Shown: piece by piece, positions 10,869 to 21,385 of the stretch | Numbering within the stretch: the stretch's first letter is position 1 | How the letters are laid out: every line of letters starts with the position of its first letter | NCBI GenBank assembly: GCA_050253415.1 | Contig: JBFWJC010000001.1 | Coordinates: 192,001-256,000, forward strand | Length of the DNA: 64,000 nucleotides | Origin: Pedobacter sp. | GTDB taxonomy: Bacteria > Desulfobacterota > Desulfuromonadia > Desulfuromonadales > Syntrophotaleaceae | Reading direction: 5' to 3' | Position numbers and translations under genes: made by a program | The notes under the pieces: generated by a model | Seen by the model: the letters and a program-made list of their open reading frames with translations, nothing else | Databases searched by the model: none | What the model was told of the DNA's origin: nothing

Positions 10869-12145
10869 CAGCTGTTCCGCTTTAATCCGAGGTGAAAACG
10901 ACTGACCCGCTCCTGCAGTTCTTCGGCCAGGGCATGAAGGTCTTGAGCGGAAAGAGCCATACGCTCCATGGCGGCGGATTGTTGTTCGCTGGCCGCCGAA
11001 GATTCTTCACTGGCTGCGGCATTTTCCGAAACGACCCGGGCGATCTCCTCGACGGTATCGGCCACCTTGCCGACCGCTTCAACCTGTTGCCGCGAGAGGC
11101 TGCTGATAGCCTCGGCCCGCTCGCCGGCGGCCTTGGCAGTGGTGATAATCTCTTCGAAGGTTTTGCCGGTCCGGAGCACCGCAGAACGTCCGGAACTCAT
11201 CCCCAGCACGTTTTCCTTCAAAACCTCCTGCACATTGGCACTCTCCTCCTGCAAAGCAGCGATCATTTCGGTGATCTCCGCCATGGCCCGTTCCGACGAA
11301 TCGGCCAGCTTGCAGATTTCTTCGGCCACCACGGTAAACCCCCGACCGTGTTCGCCGGCCCGTGCCGCTTCTATGGAAGCATTGAGAGCCAGAAGATTAG
11401 TTTTTTGCGATATATTTGTAATAAAATCGGCAACTTTTCCGATTTTCTGCACGCGGGCACTAAAGGACAGCATCTGCTGACCATGTTGTTCCACCCCATC
11501 CAGCACTTGACCCAGCTTGGCCATGGCCAAAGTCACCACCTGCCCACCGCGTTCCGCCGTATGCACAGTTTCATCTACCGCCGCGGCAGCGGCTCGAGCC
11601 GCGCCGGCAACCTGATCGACCGACTGTTCCATCTGCCGGAAATGTTCGGTGGCTTTTTCCACCATGGCGGCCTGGGTCTCGGCGCCGCGGCTGATCATCT
11701 CCACCGCGCCGGTCACCTCATGGGCCGAGGCCGTGACTTCCTGCGACATGATGGATAGCCCCTGGGCCTCTTCAGCTACCCTGGAGGAGGACGTACGGAT
11801 ATAGCCTACCAACTCCCGCAGATTGGTCGTCACCCGGTTGAGAGAGTCGGCCAGCTCCGCAGTTTCGTCGGGGAGCATGTTATTGGGCAGATACACAGTC
11901 TGGGACAGGTCGCCATCGCTGATGCGCTCCGCGGCGCTTTTAAGCACCAGGATATTGGCGGTAAAGGCCTTGGAAAAAATCCAGCCCAGTAGCAGTCCGA
12001 CCAACATGGCGCAAGCTGTCGACAGGGTCTGCTCCATATAATGAGGCACCAATGCGGCAGCGGGAACCAGGTAATTCAGTGCCACGATGGAGGCGACCAC
12101 TATGATGAACCCCATAACGAACTTGTAGGTAATTTCAACTCTCAT
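10868..12145 (-). CDS. methyl-accepting chemotaxis protein lacking a periplasmic sensor (DifA-like)
   Basis: Two closely spaced TMs, HAMP domain, hairpin tip [30 protein letters not shown]. Confidence 0.93.
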   Translation of the reverse strand: MRVEITYKFVMGFIIVVASIVALNYLVPAAALVPHYMEQTLSTACAMLVGLLLGWIFSKAFTANILVLKSAAERISDGDLSQTVYLPNNMLPDETAELADSLNRVTTNLRELVGYIRTSSSRVAEEAQGLSIMSQEVTASAHEVTGAVEMISRGAETQAAMVEKATEHFRQMEQSVDQVAGAARAAAAAVDETVHTAERGGQVVTLAMAKLGQVLDGVEQHGQQMLSFSARVQKIGKVADFITNISQKTNLLALNASIEAARAGEHGRGFTVVAEEICKLADSSERAMAEITEMIAALQEESANVQEVLKENVLGMSSGRSAVLRTGKTFEEIITTAKAAGERAEAISSLSRQQVEAVGKVADTVEEIARVVSENAAASEESSAASEQQSAAMERMALSAQDLHALAEELQERVSRFHLGLKRNS

Positions 12146-12226
12146 CGACAGCTCCTTTGAAAGGCGGTCATGCAGGGGTTATCAACCCGGCGGCAAGCCG
12201 ACAAATTTAGGTTTACCTATGGCAAC

Positions 12227-12242
12227 AGCAAAGATCGTTCCA
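12227..12242 (-). promoter_or_regulatory. putative sigma54 (-24/-12) promoter for mcp-cheW-cheA-lolA
   Basis: - strand TGGAACGATCTTTGCT (GG-N10-GC; consensus TGGCAC-N5-TTGCW), about 80 nt upstream of the MCP start. Confidence 0.65.
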
Positions 12243-12318
12243 CCGCTGGCTGTCAACGGATACTTGCTTAATAGACGTAGCAAATCGCCCTTGGTTTAAG
12301 GCTATTTGCCACGACTGC

Positions 12319-13332
12319 TCATTTTGCCGTCACGGAGCCGGAAACCCTGGAAAAATGGTTAAATCCCCGGCAGTCAATGTGACGCACTTCGCCGGCCGCA
12401 TTGCGCAGGCGCAGTCCCTCATTGGAAGCGGTAACCATGCCGATGCGTGTCAGGGGCAGATTTAATCCATCTGACAGATCCCGCAACGCGCTCTCGCTAT
12501 CCAGCGGTGCGGTAAACAGCAATTCGTAGTCTTCCCCGCCACTTAAAACAAGCTGCATAAGCTGCGGATCGTTGTGCAAGGCCTCCTGAAAGGGCGCGGA
12601 CAGGGGAAACAGAGCCTCTTCCAGCAGAGCCCCGACACCGGAAGCTTTGAGTATGTGTCCCAGATCGGCGGTCACTCCATCGGAAATATCTATCATGGCC
12701 GTGGCCAGGCCGCTCTCGGCCAGCGCGCCCCCCAGCGCTACGCGTGCGGTGGGATCGTGGTGCCGGGCCTCCAGATAGGGGTCGGGAACGATGCCGGCGG
12801 TGAACAGCTGCAAAGCCAAAGCACTGTCACCCAAGGTACCGGATACATAAATCCCCTGCCCCACCCGGGCTCCGCCACGCAACAGTTCCCGTCCGGCCGG
12901 CACCGAGCCTTCCGCAGTCACGCTGATCAACAGCGGACCGGGAGAGCGGCAGGTATCGCCACCTACCAGACAGGCGCCGTACTCGGTGACCGCTTCGAGA
13001 AAACCGTCCATGAAAAGCTGCAGTTCCTCGACGGAAAAATCCGCCGGTACGCCCAATCCCAGGTACAGGTGGCGCGGCCGTCCACCCATGGCCGCGATAT
13101 CGCTGACATTGACCGACACACTTTTACGCCCCAAACGCCGGCTGTCGGTCCAGCTACGCTGGAAATGGACCCCTTCGATGAGCAGATCCTTGGTGGTCAG
13201 CAGGCGTTGCCCCACAGGCAACTCAAGGACCGCGCAGTCATCACCGATGCCGTGGCAAACCCCTTCGCCGGATGTTGCAGCGGCGCGAATGCGCTCAATG
13301 AATCCGAACTCTCCAAGTTCCGCCAGTTTCAT
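12319..13332 (-). CDS. thiL: thiamine-monophosphate kinase
   Basis: GEFGFI, GIGDDCA, NVSDIAAMGG, GGDT, IDISDG, GGEDYELLF. Confidence 0.97.
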   Translation of the reverse strand: MKLAELGEFGFIERIRAAATSGEGVCHGIGDDCAVLELPVGQRLLTTKDLLIEGVHFQRSWTDSRRLGRKSVSVNVSDIAAMGGRPRHLYLGLGVPADFSVEELQLFMDGFLEAVTEYGACLVGGDTCRSPGPLLISVTAEGSVPAGRELLRGGARVGQGIYVSGTLGDSALALQLFTAGIVPDPYLEARHHDPTARVALGGALAESGLATAMIDISDGVTADLGHILKASGVGALLEEALFPLSAPFQEALHNDPQLMQLVLSGGEDYELLFTAPLDSESALRDLSDGLNLPLTRIGMVTASNEGLRLRNAAGEVRHIDCRGFNHFSRVSGSVTAK

Positions 13333-15674
13333 GCGCCCTCCTGCAGGGCGGCAGCCAGCACGTCTTCTACCCGGTCGGCAAACACCAGCTGCAACTTGCG
13401 CCGCAGGGCAGGCGGCACATCGACCAGGTCTTTTTCATTGCGACGCGGCAGTATCACGGTTTGCATACCGGCCCGCACCGCCGCCAGCAGTTTTTCCTTG
13501 ACCCCGCCGATAGCCAGTACCTGGCCGCGCAGGGTTATTTCGCCGGTCATTGCCACCTCGCGGTTAACCGGCCGACCCGACAAAACGGATACCAGCGCCG
13601 TCACCATGGTAACGCCGGCACTGGGACCGTCCTTGGGGATGGCGCCGGCCGGGACGTGGATGTGGATATCGAGGGTCTTGTGAAAATCCGCGTCGATGCC
13701 CCATTGTCCGGCATGGGAACGTGCATAGGTCAGGGCAGCCTGGGCGCTTTCCTTCATGACCGATCCGAGCTGCCCGGTCAGGTGCAGCTGGCCGCTACCG
13801 GGCATGGTACTGGCCTCGACATGTAGAATCTGGCCGCCGACCTCGGTCCAGGCCAGCCCTGTCACCACCCCGACCTCGTGCTCGCCAAGCTTTTCATCAT
13901 CCAGGTAGCGGGGAGGGCCAAGATATCCGGCCACCGTCCCGCCGGTGACCCGCACGGCCCGCAAATCGTCTTCGGCCCGACGACGCGCCACCTTGCGGCA
14001 GATGCTGCCGAGTTCGCGCTCCAGATTGCGCAGACCGGCCTCGGCCGTGTATTCGCTGATAACCTTGAGCAGCGCGGTGCGGGAAAAAGCCACATCCCCT
14101 TCCTGCAAGCCATTCGCCTCCAGTTGACGGGGGATCAGGTAGCGCCTGGCAATCGCCAGCTTCTGTTCGGTACTGTACCCGGCCAGACGGATAACCTCGA
14201 GGCGATCCCTGAGCGCCGAAGGCACATTGTCGAGGACATTGGCCGTGGCGACGAACATGACCTTGGAAAGATCGTAGGGCAGGTTGATGTAATGGTCGGA
14301 GAAAGCATGGTTCTGCTCCGGATCGAGCAACTCCAGCAATGCGGACGAAGGATCGCCGCGAAAATCGGCGCCGCCAACCTTGTCCAGCTCGTCCAGCATG
14401 AATACCGGGTTGTTGCTGCCAGCCTGTTTCATTCCCTGAATGATGCGCCCGGGTAAAGCGCCGACATAAGTACGCCGGTGCCCACGAATCTCCGCCTCGT
14501 CGCGCAACCCGCCCAGCGATACCCGCACAAACTTGCGCCCCAGGGCGCGTGCTATCGATTTACCCAGACTGGTCTTGCCAACCCCCGGAGGACCGACAAA
14601 ACACAGAATCGGACCTTTGAGTTTCTTTTTGAGCTTGCAGACCGCCAAAAATTCCAGGATGCGGTCCTTGACCTTTTCCAGATCGTAATGATCTTCATCA
14701 AGGATGGCGCGAGCCGTGGACAGATCGATGCTATCGCGGGTACTGCGTTGCCAGGGAAGCTCCGCCAGCCATTCCAGGTAGGTACGCAGCATGGCATATT
14801 CCGCCGCCTCGATAGGCATGGTATCCAGGCGCCTCAACTGCTTATGCGCCTCCTTGCCGACCTCGGCCGGCAGCCGGGCCTTATCGATCTGGGCACGCAG
14901 CTCCAGCAGATCTTCCGCTTTGGCATCGGCTTCACCCAATTCGGACTGGATGGCTCGCAGCTGCTCACGCAGGAAGTATTCGCGCTGGGAACGGCTCATC
15001 TCTTCACGGGCCTGGTTCTGGATGCGTTGCTGCATGCTCCCCAGCTCCAACTCCTTGGCCAGCAGCCCTTTTACGCGTTGCAAACGCTCGATGGGATCGA
15101 TCACTTCCAGCAGTTGCTGGGCGATGACGACTCTCAGTCCAAGATTGCTGGCTACCACATCGGCCAGACTGCCGGGGTCCTCGATGTTGTCCACGGCCAT
15201 CAGTAGATCGTTGGACAAAGTACGTCCCATGCCCTGTAATTCCATTAACTGCTCGCGTACGGCGCGCAGCAACGCCTCGACCTCCAGCGACAGTTCTACC
15301 AGCGGTAGTTCATCTACCTCTTCGATGCTCACACAGAGGCAGGGGCTGGTGGTCAAGTACTGTACAATTCGCGCCTTGGTAAGCCCCTGTACCAGGATTT
15401 TGGTGCGACCATCGGGCAATTTGAGCGATCGCATGATCATCCCGACACAACCAACCGTGTAAATATCTTCGGCAGCGGGGTCTTCCTGGCTCAGTTCCTT
15501 CTGGGACGCCAGCATGATTAGCCGATCCCCTTCCAGGGCCTGCTCTACGGCGGCCAGGGATTGGCTGCGGCCGATAAACAGAGGCAGAATCATATGCGGG
15601 AAGATCACCGCATCCCGAACCGGCAACAGGGGCAAACGGTCGGGAAGTTCAAAGTCTCGGGCAATTTGGTGCAA
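13329..15674 (-). CDS. lon: ATP-dependent Lon protease
   Basis: LON N-domain, GPPGVGKTS, GHRRTYVGA, catalytic PKDGPSAG; likely TTG start at 15674 after AAGGAG (ORF track start 15719). Confidence 0.97.
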   Translation of the reverse strand: MHQIARDFELPDRLPLLPVRDAVIFPHMILPLFIGRSQSLAAVEQALEGDRLIMLASQKELSQEDPAAEDIYTVGCVGMIMRSLKLPDGRTKILVQGLTKARIVQYLTTSPCLCVSIEEVDELPLVELSLEVEALLRAVREQLMELQGMGRTLSNDLLMAVDNIEDPGSLADVVASNLGLRVVIAQQLLEVIDPIERLQRVKGLLAKELELGSMQQRIQNQAREEMSRSQREYFLREQLRAIQSELGEADAKAEDLLELRAQIDKARLPAEVGKEAHKQLRRLDTMPIEAAEYAMLRTYLEWLAELPWQRSTRDSIDLSTARAILDEDHYDLEKVKDRILEFLAVCKLKKKLKGPILCFVGPPGVGKTSLGKSIARALGRKFVRVSLGGLRDEAEIRGHRRTYVGALPGRIIQGMKQAGSNNPVFMLDELDKVGGADFRGDPSSALLELLDPEQNHAFSDHYINLPYDLSKVMFVATANVLDNVPSALRDRLEVIRLAGYSTEQKLAIARRYLIPRQLEANGLQEGDVAFSRTALLKVISEYTAEAGLRNLERELGSICRKVARRRAEDDLRAVRVTGGTVAGYLGPPRYLDDEKLGEHEVGVVTGLAWTEVGGQILHVEASTMPGSGQLHLTGQLGSVMKESAQAALTYARSHAGQWGIDADFHKTLDIHIHVPAGAIPKDGPSAGVTMVTALVSVLSGRPVNREVAMTGEITLRGQVLAIGGVKEKLLAAVRAGMQTVILPRRNEKDLVDVPPALRRKLQLVFADRVEDVLAAALQEGA

Positions 15675-15777
15675 GGCTTGCTCCTTATGATGGTTCTTAT
15701 TGCGGATTAACAGCGGCAACTTTAGGTCGTTACAACGAAAGGCGCCGCTGTGAAAACGTAATCATTGGCATTTCTGC

Positions 15778-15806
15778 ATCATGTGTAACAACACGGCTTC
15801 TGTCAA
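15778..15806 (-). promoter_or_regulatory. putative sigma70 promoter for lon-thiL
   Basis: TTGACA-N17-CATGAT on the - strand. Confidence 0.55.
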
Positions 15807-16567
15807 GAGACTACCGCAAAAGCAAAGCGGCTCTCATCCTCGATCTTGCCATCCGCACCATAGCGGCGTTCCGCCATGCTGACCTGACCACCCCGACCAA
15901 TCGCCAACAGGGTCGAGCAGCGGGTGCCGTATCCAGGAAGCTGCACAAAGATTGCCCCGAGAGCCCTCTCCATATCCGGATCCAGACCGGTTTCCGGTAA
16001 ACTTTTAGCACTTGGCAACCGCCGGTCGGATAACACCTGCCAGAGCTGATCAAGCTTGAATCCAGGTTTTTCCAGGACTGCTTTGAATTGCTGTTTGGCC
16101 TGTTCTACCTTGGGCCAGGGGCTATCCAGAAGATGATTGCTGAGGCCGTAACAACCGGGGGAGAGCAAGCGCACACCGGCATCGCAGTTGGAAAAACTGG
16201 CCAATTCGGAACAGTCCCCGGCTAACAGGTTAAAGCCGGCAAAGCGGTGCCCCCACCTTGCAACTCTTGTCAGGTAGCGCTGCGGCGCGTCCGTGCTGCG
16301 CAAAAAGCCGCTCACCAGCAGTCCGCGAGAGTGGCCGGCAGGTGCGGTACCTGCTCTGCGCACATTGGTCAGAGCTGCCCAACGACCCTGCCGGGTTACC
16401 CCCAGCCAGGTGCCGCCGCCTTGCAGATCGCGCCCGGCGAGAACCTCCGGAGCCTGAGCCCAGAAATCCGCCGCCACCGTCGGCCGTTGGTAGTCCTCAT
16501 CCCTGTTGGCGGCCAGCACCAGGGGATAATCGGGATGCATGCGATGCCCCACAACGATCAGGCACAC
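15803..16567 (-). CDS. NRDE family protein (TANGO2-like)
   Basis: GTG start gives MCLI..; ANRDE, GRDL.GGGTWLG, LTNVR, LSNHLLDSPWPK, YGTR. Confidence 0.92.
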   Translation of the reverse strand: MCLIVVGHRMHPDYPLVLAANRDEDYQRPTVAADFWAQAPEVLAGRDLQGGGTWLGVTRQGRWAALTNVRRAGTAPAGHSRGLLVSGFLRSTDAPQRYLTRVARWGHRFAGFNLLAGDCSELASFSNCDAGVRLLSPGCYGLSNHLLDSPWPKVEQAKQQFKAVLEKPGFKLDQLWQVLSDRRLPSAKSLPETGLDPDMERALGAIFVQLPGYGTRCSTLLAIGRGGQVSMAERRYGADGKIEDESRFAFAVVS

Positions 16568-16569
16568 GG

Positions 16570-17142
16570 TCAGGAAACTCCATCGAGTGGACGCCGCGCC
16601 ACGATGCCTGCCAGACCGCCGCCACGATGGGCCTGGTCGACACCCTCTTCGTGGATCAGCACCTGCCAACCGGCAAACAGTCGCAGCAATTCGCCGGGTT
16701 CCAGGGAAAAATCCGGATTTCCCGGTCCGCCGGGAAAGTCCCCGGCATGACTGAACGTTCGTACTACCGCTACACCACCAGGCCGCACCAGGCGGTGCAA
16801 TTCGGGCAACAGGGAACGCTGCAGATAAAAAAACTGTACCACCAGATCAAAGGGGGGCAGCGCCAGACGCGGCTGCTGTTCCAGATCCTGCTGCATTTGC
16901 GTGATCTGAAGACCTCGCCGCTGCGCTTCAATCACCAATTGCGCTAACGCTTCCCTGGAAGCATCGACCGCCGTTACCGCATAACCGCATTCGGCCAGAA
17001 ACAACGCGTTGCGACCACGACCGCAGGCCAGATCCAGTACGCGACCGGTCGGCAACAGCGGTAAAACTCTGAGCAGCCAGGGATCAGGCTGCAGATCATT
17101 GTTTGCCCTCTCTTGCCAGATTTTATTCCAATCATCGGCCAT
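16570..17142 (-). CDS. class I SAM-dependent methyltransferase (TehB-like)
   Basis: VLDLACGRGRNALFLA, VDAS, L.PGELL motifs. Confidence 0.88.
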   Translation of the reverse strand: MADDWNKIWQERANNDLQPDPWLLRVLPLLPTGRVLDLACGRGRNALFLAECGYAVTAVDASREALAQLVIEAQRRGLQITQMQQDLEQQPRLALPPFDLVVQFFYLQRSLLPELHRLVRPGGVAVVRTFSHAGDFPGGPGNPDFSLEPGELLRLFAGWQVLIHEEGVDQAHRGGGLAGIVARRPLDGVS

Positions 17143-17197
17143 GAAGCGATTCCCTTTCGGATCCTCCAGACAAAATCAAAAACGTCGCGCAAGATCG

Positions 17198-17712
17198 TCA
17201 ACCACGACGGAAAAACTCCCAGATCATGTGGCTTGCCGACAGAACCAACACGCCCACAAAAACTGCCGATTGACAATGTTTAAGGCGGGGAAAGCGAATA
17301 AGCCGCGAGCCGATCTGCCCGCCGAGGATCACCCCGGGAACAGTACCGAACAGAATCGGTGGATTTTGCGGCCAGTCGCGCCACCCCAGCATGACACTGG
17401 CAACAATCAGCAGCCAGAAAATAATCGCTGTAGAAAACATAACGAAAATACCGGTGGCTACCGCCTGACTGACCGGCATGCGCAACCGTCTGACCATGTG
17501 GGGAATCAGCCAATTGCTGGTCCCCACGCTCAATATCCCGGTAAAAAAAGACGAGCCGGTGACCAACAGACGATTGGGACGGGATACCGATGCTTCGGCA
17601 GCGGACGACGAATTTCCCTTGCGCCCTGCCAGCATGGCCACCAGCAGATAGAGCACCACCGCAGCAACCAGACAGCCAGTCTGTTGCTCGCCCCGTAAAG
17701 CAGCGATCTCAT
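17198..17712 (-). pseudogene. probable TauE/SafE sulfite-exporter pseudogene (C-terminal half only)
   Basis: TauE-like motifs FTGILSVG, LRMP..QAVAT and PGVILGGQIGS cover only half the protein; the ATG behind the strong RBS (17712) is out of frame with them. Confidence 0.55.
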
Positions 17713-17770
17713 GCCATCCCTCCTTGCCGACAGATTGCGCACGGATCATTACGCAACAAACACGGTCATC

Positions 17771-18727
17771 TCAGAGTTTTTCGCCCTGACCAAGCCATGC
17801 CATGTAGCGGGCCACACCCTCTTCCACGGTCAGGAATTGTCCGTCAAACCCGGCGCCGCGCAGACGGGTCAGATCCGCCTCGGTGAAACTCTGGTAATGC
17901 CCCTTGAGATGCTCGGGAAACGGCACGTAGTGCAGGTCGCCTTCACCATGGGCCGTCAGCACCGCATGCGCCACGTCGTTGAAAGTCTGGCTGCGACCGG
18001 TGCCGACATTATAAAGGCCCGATACCTGCGGATGATCGAGGAACCAGAGGTTGACATCGACCACGTCGCCGACATAGATAAAATCGCGACGCTGCTCACC
18101 ATCGCCATAGCCGTCGCACCCTTCAAACAGTTTGACTTTGCCTTCCTTGAGCAACTGATTGCGCAGATGGAAAGCAACACTGGCCATGCTGCCCTTGTGC
18201 TGCTCGCGGGGGCCGTAGACATTGAAGTAGCGAAACCCTGCCACCTGGCTGTCGGCCTGCGGCAGAATCCGCCGCACGTACTGATCAAACAATACTTTGG
18301 AATACCCGTAGACATTAAGCGGCCGCTCGAATTGCGGCTCCTCGCGAAACACCTGGCCGCCACCGTAGGTCGCCGCGCTGGAGGCATACAGAAACGGGAT
18401 ACGCCGCTCCAGACAATAATGCAGCAGGGTTTTGGAATAGGCGTAGTTGGTCTCCATCATGTAGCGGCCGTCCCACTCGGTGGTGGTCGAACAGGCCCCC
18501 TGATGGATGATGGCTTCGACCTTTCCGCCAAAGGTATCGCCGGCCTTGATGCGGTCCAGAAATTCGTTTTTATCCAGATAATCGCACAACTGCGCATCGG
18601 CAATGTTGGCAAATTTGGTGCCGTCGGTCAGATCGTCGACGACCAGGATATCCTGACGCCCGCGCGCATTAAGGGCTTGAACAATATTACTGCCGATAAA
18701 ACCGGCCCCGCCGGTGACTATAAGCAT
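17771..18727 (-). CDS. hldD: ADP-L-glycero-D-manno-heptose 6-epimerase
   Basis: [60 protein letters not shown]. Confidence 0.97.
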   Translation of the reverse strand: MLIVTGGAGFIGSNIVQALNARGRQDILVVDDLTDGTKFANIADAQLCDYLDKNEFLDRIKAGDTFGGKVEAIIHQGACSTTTEWDGRYMMETNYAYSKTLLHYCLERRIPFLYASSAATYGGGQVFREEPQFERPLNVYGYSKVLFDQYVRRILPQADSQVAGFRYFNVYGPREQHKGSMASVAFHLRNQLLKEGKVKLFEGCDGYGDGEQRRDFIYVGDVVDVNLWFLDHPQVSGLYNVGTGRSQTFNDVAHAVLTAHGEGDLHYVPFPEHLKGHYQSFTEADLTRLRGAGFDGQFLTVEEGVARYMAWLGQGEKL

Positions 18728-18829
18728 AAATAATTTCTCCTTGTTTATGACTTTGGGTCGGCAAACAACCGACCGGTCTTCTGGTCTTCTAGCATGCGGC
18801 TTACGGTGGCGCAAGCACAAAGCGGCCTG

Positions 18830-21385
18830 CTACCACGGCTCCTGCAACGGTTGCTCGCCGTCCTGCAGATCCTGCGTCAGAAACGCGGTCAAGGCCTGCA
18901 TGACCTTCTCGGTGCGGCCCTTGGCCAGAGGTACATCGGGCAGGGAACGTAAAAAGATGCGTCCATAGCCCTTGTTGACCACTCGGCTGTCGAGAATCAG
19001 CACCACGCCCCGATCTTCGCGATGCCGGATCAGGCGACCGAACCCTTGCTTGAACTTGATGACGGCCTGCGGCACGGTGTATTGCATGAAAGGATCGCCC
19101 CCGGCCGCGGTTATCGCCTCGGCGCGAGCCTCCAGTACCGGTTCCGTGGGGACCTTGAACGGCAATCGGGTGATGATCACCTGCTCCAGAGCGCGTCCCG
19201 GCACATCGACCCCCTCCCAAAAGGAATCGGTAGCAAACAGCACGCTGGTCTCATCTTCGGCAAAAGTCTTTAGCAGTCGATGGCGATTGGCTTCGCCCTG
19301 GCGCAGGCAACGATAACCGCGTGCCTGCAGCACCGGCGACAGTTCGCCATGCACCTGGCGCAACAGTCCGTACGCGGTAAACAGGGCAAAGGTGCGACCA
19401 TCGGCCGCCACCACGGCGCGTTCTACCAGATCGCGAACCATGGCAGGATACCCTGCGCGTCCCGGTTCAGGCACATCGGTCGGCACCACCACCAACGCCT
19501 GACTTGCGAAATCGAACGGCGAATGGAGCAGCAATTCGCGCACCCGGTCCGCCTCGACCCGGTCAAGTCCCACGCGGCTTTTCAGATATTGAAACGAATC
19601 TCCAACCGCCAGCGTGGCGCTGGTCAGCACCACGCTGCGAAACCGGTCGTAAAGCCCTTCTTTAAGTTGGCCGGCGACCTCCAGGGGAGCCGTGCACAGG
19701 CGGGTTATCACTCCCCGTCCGCGACCTATGCGTCCCTCCACCACCTCGAACCAGGCGCAGGTGCGCTCGTCGCGAGCAATAAAAAACCTCAGGTCGCCGG
19801 CGATGCAGGCCAACCGGTCGGCAACCCCGCGAAGATCGGTCAGGGGCGAAACCAATTTGTCCGCCACCGCCTCCGGCAGCTTTTCGCTGGCTTTGAGCAG
19901 CGCTTCCAAGTCCTCTGCCAAGGTGGCACTGGCAGCTGCCAGATCCCGGATACGCTCAACGGCCGAGGGCCAGAATTCGCCGGCTGTCAGTTCCGGAACC
20001 ACCCTCCGACGCAACTCGTCCTGGCCGACACCGGTGCCGCAAGCTGCGGCCAGGTCCAGCCCTACCCCTTCGAGAGTCTGCAGAGCCTGATCGTAAAGTG
20101 CGTGACTGCCGGCCGACAAAGCCTCGATAGCTTCGTAATTGCTCCGATACAGAACATCCTCGGTATCCGGCAATTCCCGTGCCAGCAGATTGATGAAACG
20201 CGGCAGCAAACCCTTGTCCGGCTTGCGTGGGTGACGCAACTTGCCCAGTACCCGGGCAAACGCATAGCGCGTTACCTGCGAGGCGAAATAATGGGTGGCG
20301 ACGTCCTCGAGATGGTGTGCTTCATCGAGCACGATACGATCGAAGGGTGGCAAAACCGCGGCGGTACTATAATTGTCGGTCTGATGGCGCAAAGCCAGAT
20401 CCGACAACAACAGGGCGTGGTTGACCACCAGCAGATCGGCCTGCGCGGCTTGTCGACGGGCCTTATGGAAAAAACAGGCACCGTAATGATTGCACCGAAC
20501 CCGCGCACACTGATCGGCTTCGCAGCGCACCTCTTCCCACACCTCGAGGCGAGGCATAAAAGTCAACTCCTCGCGCGACCCTTCATGGGTAGCCGCCGCC
20601 CACTCCAGAACCGCAGCAAGTTCGCCACTTAATTCATCGTCGAACAACCCCGGTTCCAGACGTGCCGTCTCTGCCCGCCGTCGGCATAGATAGTTGTTGC
20701 GCCCCTTGACCAGTACCGCGCGAAATTCAAGGCCCGCAACCCGCTGCAGGAACGGCAGATCTTTACGAATCAGCTGTTCCTGCAGGTTGATGGTGTTGGT
20801 CGATACCACCACCCGCTCCTCGTTGGCCAATGCCCAGAGCAGCGCCGGTACCAGATAGGCCAGACTCTTGCCTGTACCAGTCCCTGCTTCGATGACCGCC
20901 AGTTGGCTGCGATTAAACGCCTCGCCAACCGCAAACGCCATGCGTAGCTGCTCGGGACGCTCTTCGTAGCCAGGAAGGGTTTTGGCCACCACTCCCAGGG
21001 GGCCCAGCAGGGCATCAATTTTCTCCGGTGGCAGATGTTGGGACTGACGGGGAGCAAAAGGTTCCACCACTTTATAAACATGTTCCACAGAGTTATCCAC
21101 AATCAGAAAACCAACCCCCTGGGAACCGAGTCGCGAAGCAATCTCAAGATCTGCCATCGATGGTTCCAGGCAAGCCGAAGGGTGATTGTGGAGAACGACA
21201 TCGCCATAGCGACATTCCTGCACAATGGCCGGCACCGCACTATCATTGCCACGTGCCAGCACCCGCACCTGAGTGATCCGCAGGTCACTGTCGGTGCTTC
21301 CGAGAAAAAAAACCTCCCGCCCACCAGCCTCAGTTATGGCTTGGCGCATACTGTCGATAACGGGCGTTGTGAAGGTCTTTTCCAT
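18830..21385 (-). CDS. DinG/YoaA-family Fe-S helicase with N-terminal JAB (RadC-like) domain
   Basis: N-terminal EVFF..HNHPS...PS.AD; EAGTGTGKS, NYLC and Cys cluster, DEAHH, LTSATL, FWEGVD, QGFGRLIR; likely ATG at 21385. Confidence 0.92.
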   Translation of the reverse strand: MEKTFTTPVIDSMRQAITEAGGREVFFLGSTDSDLRITQVRVLARGNDSAVPAIVQECRYGDVVLHNHPSACLEPSMADLEIASRLGSQGVGFLIVDNSVEHVYKVVEPFAPRQSQHLPPEKIDALLGPLGVVAKTLPGYEERPEQLRMAFAVGEAFNRSQLAVIEAGTGTGKSLAYLVPALLWALANEERVVVSTNTINLQEQLIRKDLPFLQRVAGLEFRAVLVKGRNNYLCRRRAETARLEPGLFDDELSGELAAVLEWAAATHEGSREELTFMPRLEVWEEVRCEADQCARVRCNHYGACFFHKARRQAAQADLLVVNHALLLSDLALRHQTDNYSTAAVLPPFDRIVLDEAHHLEDVATHYFASQVTRYAFARVLGKLRHPRKPDKGLLPRFINLLARELPDTEDVLYRSNYEAIEALSAGSHALYDQALQTLEGVGLDLAAACGTGVGQDELRRRVVPELTAGEFWPSAVERIRDLAAASATLAEDLEALLKASEKLPEAVADKLVSPLTDLRGVADRLACIAGDLRFFIARDERTCAWFEVVEGRIGRGRGVITRLCTAPLEVAGQLKEGLYDRFRSVVLTSATLAVGDSFQYLKSRVGLDRVEADRVRELLLHSPFDFASQALVVVPTDVPEPGRAGYPAMVRDLVERAVVAADGRTFALFTAYGLLRQVHGELSPVLQARGYRCLRQGEANRHRLLKTFAEDETSVLFATDSFWEGVDVPGRALEQVIITRLPFKVPTEPVLEARAEAITAAGGDPFMQYTVPQAVIKFKQGFGRLIRHREDRGVVLILDSRVVNKGYGRIFLRSLPDVPLAKGRTEKVMQALTAFLTQDLQDGEQPLQEPW

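Noticed and set aside
12146..12226. c-di-GMP/cGAMP (GEMM) riboswitch upstream of the MCP
   Set aside because: GGTAAACC is present but the GNRA hairpin and GGGACGCAAAGC core are not.
19280..20632. Long + strand ORFs (also 12574-13683, 17711-18733, 6431-7345, 56068-57042)
   Set aside because: Antisense shadows of well-supported - strand genes in GC-rich DNA; no recognisable motifs.
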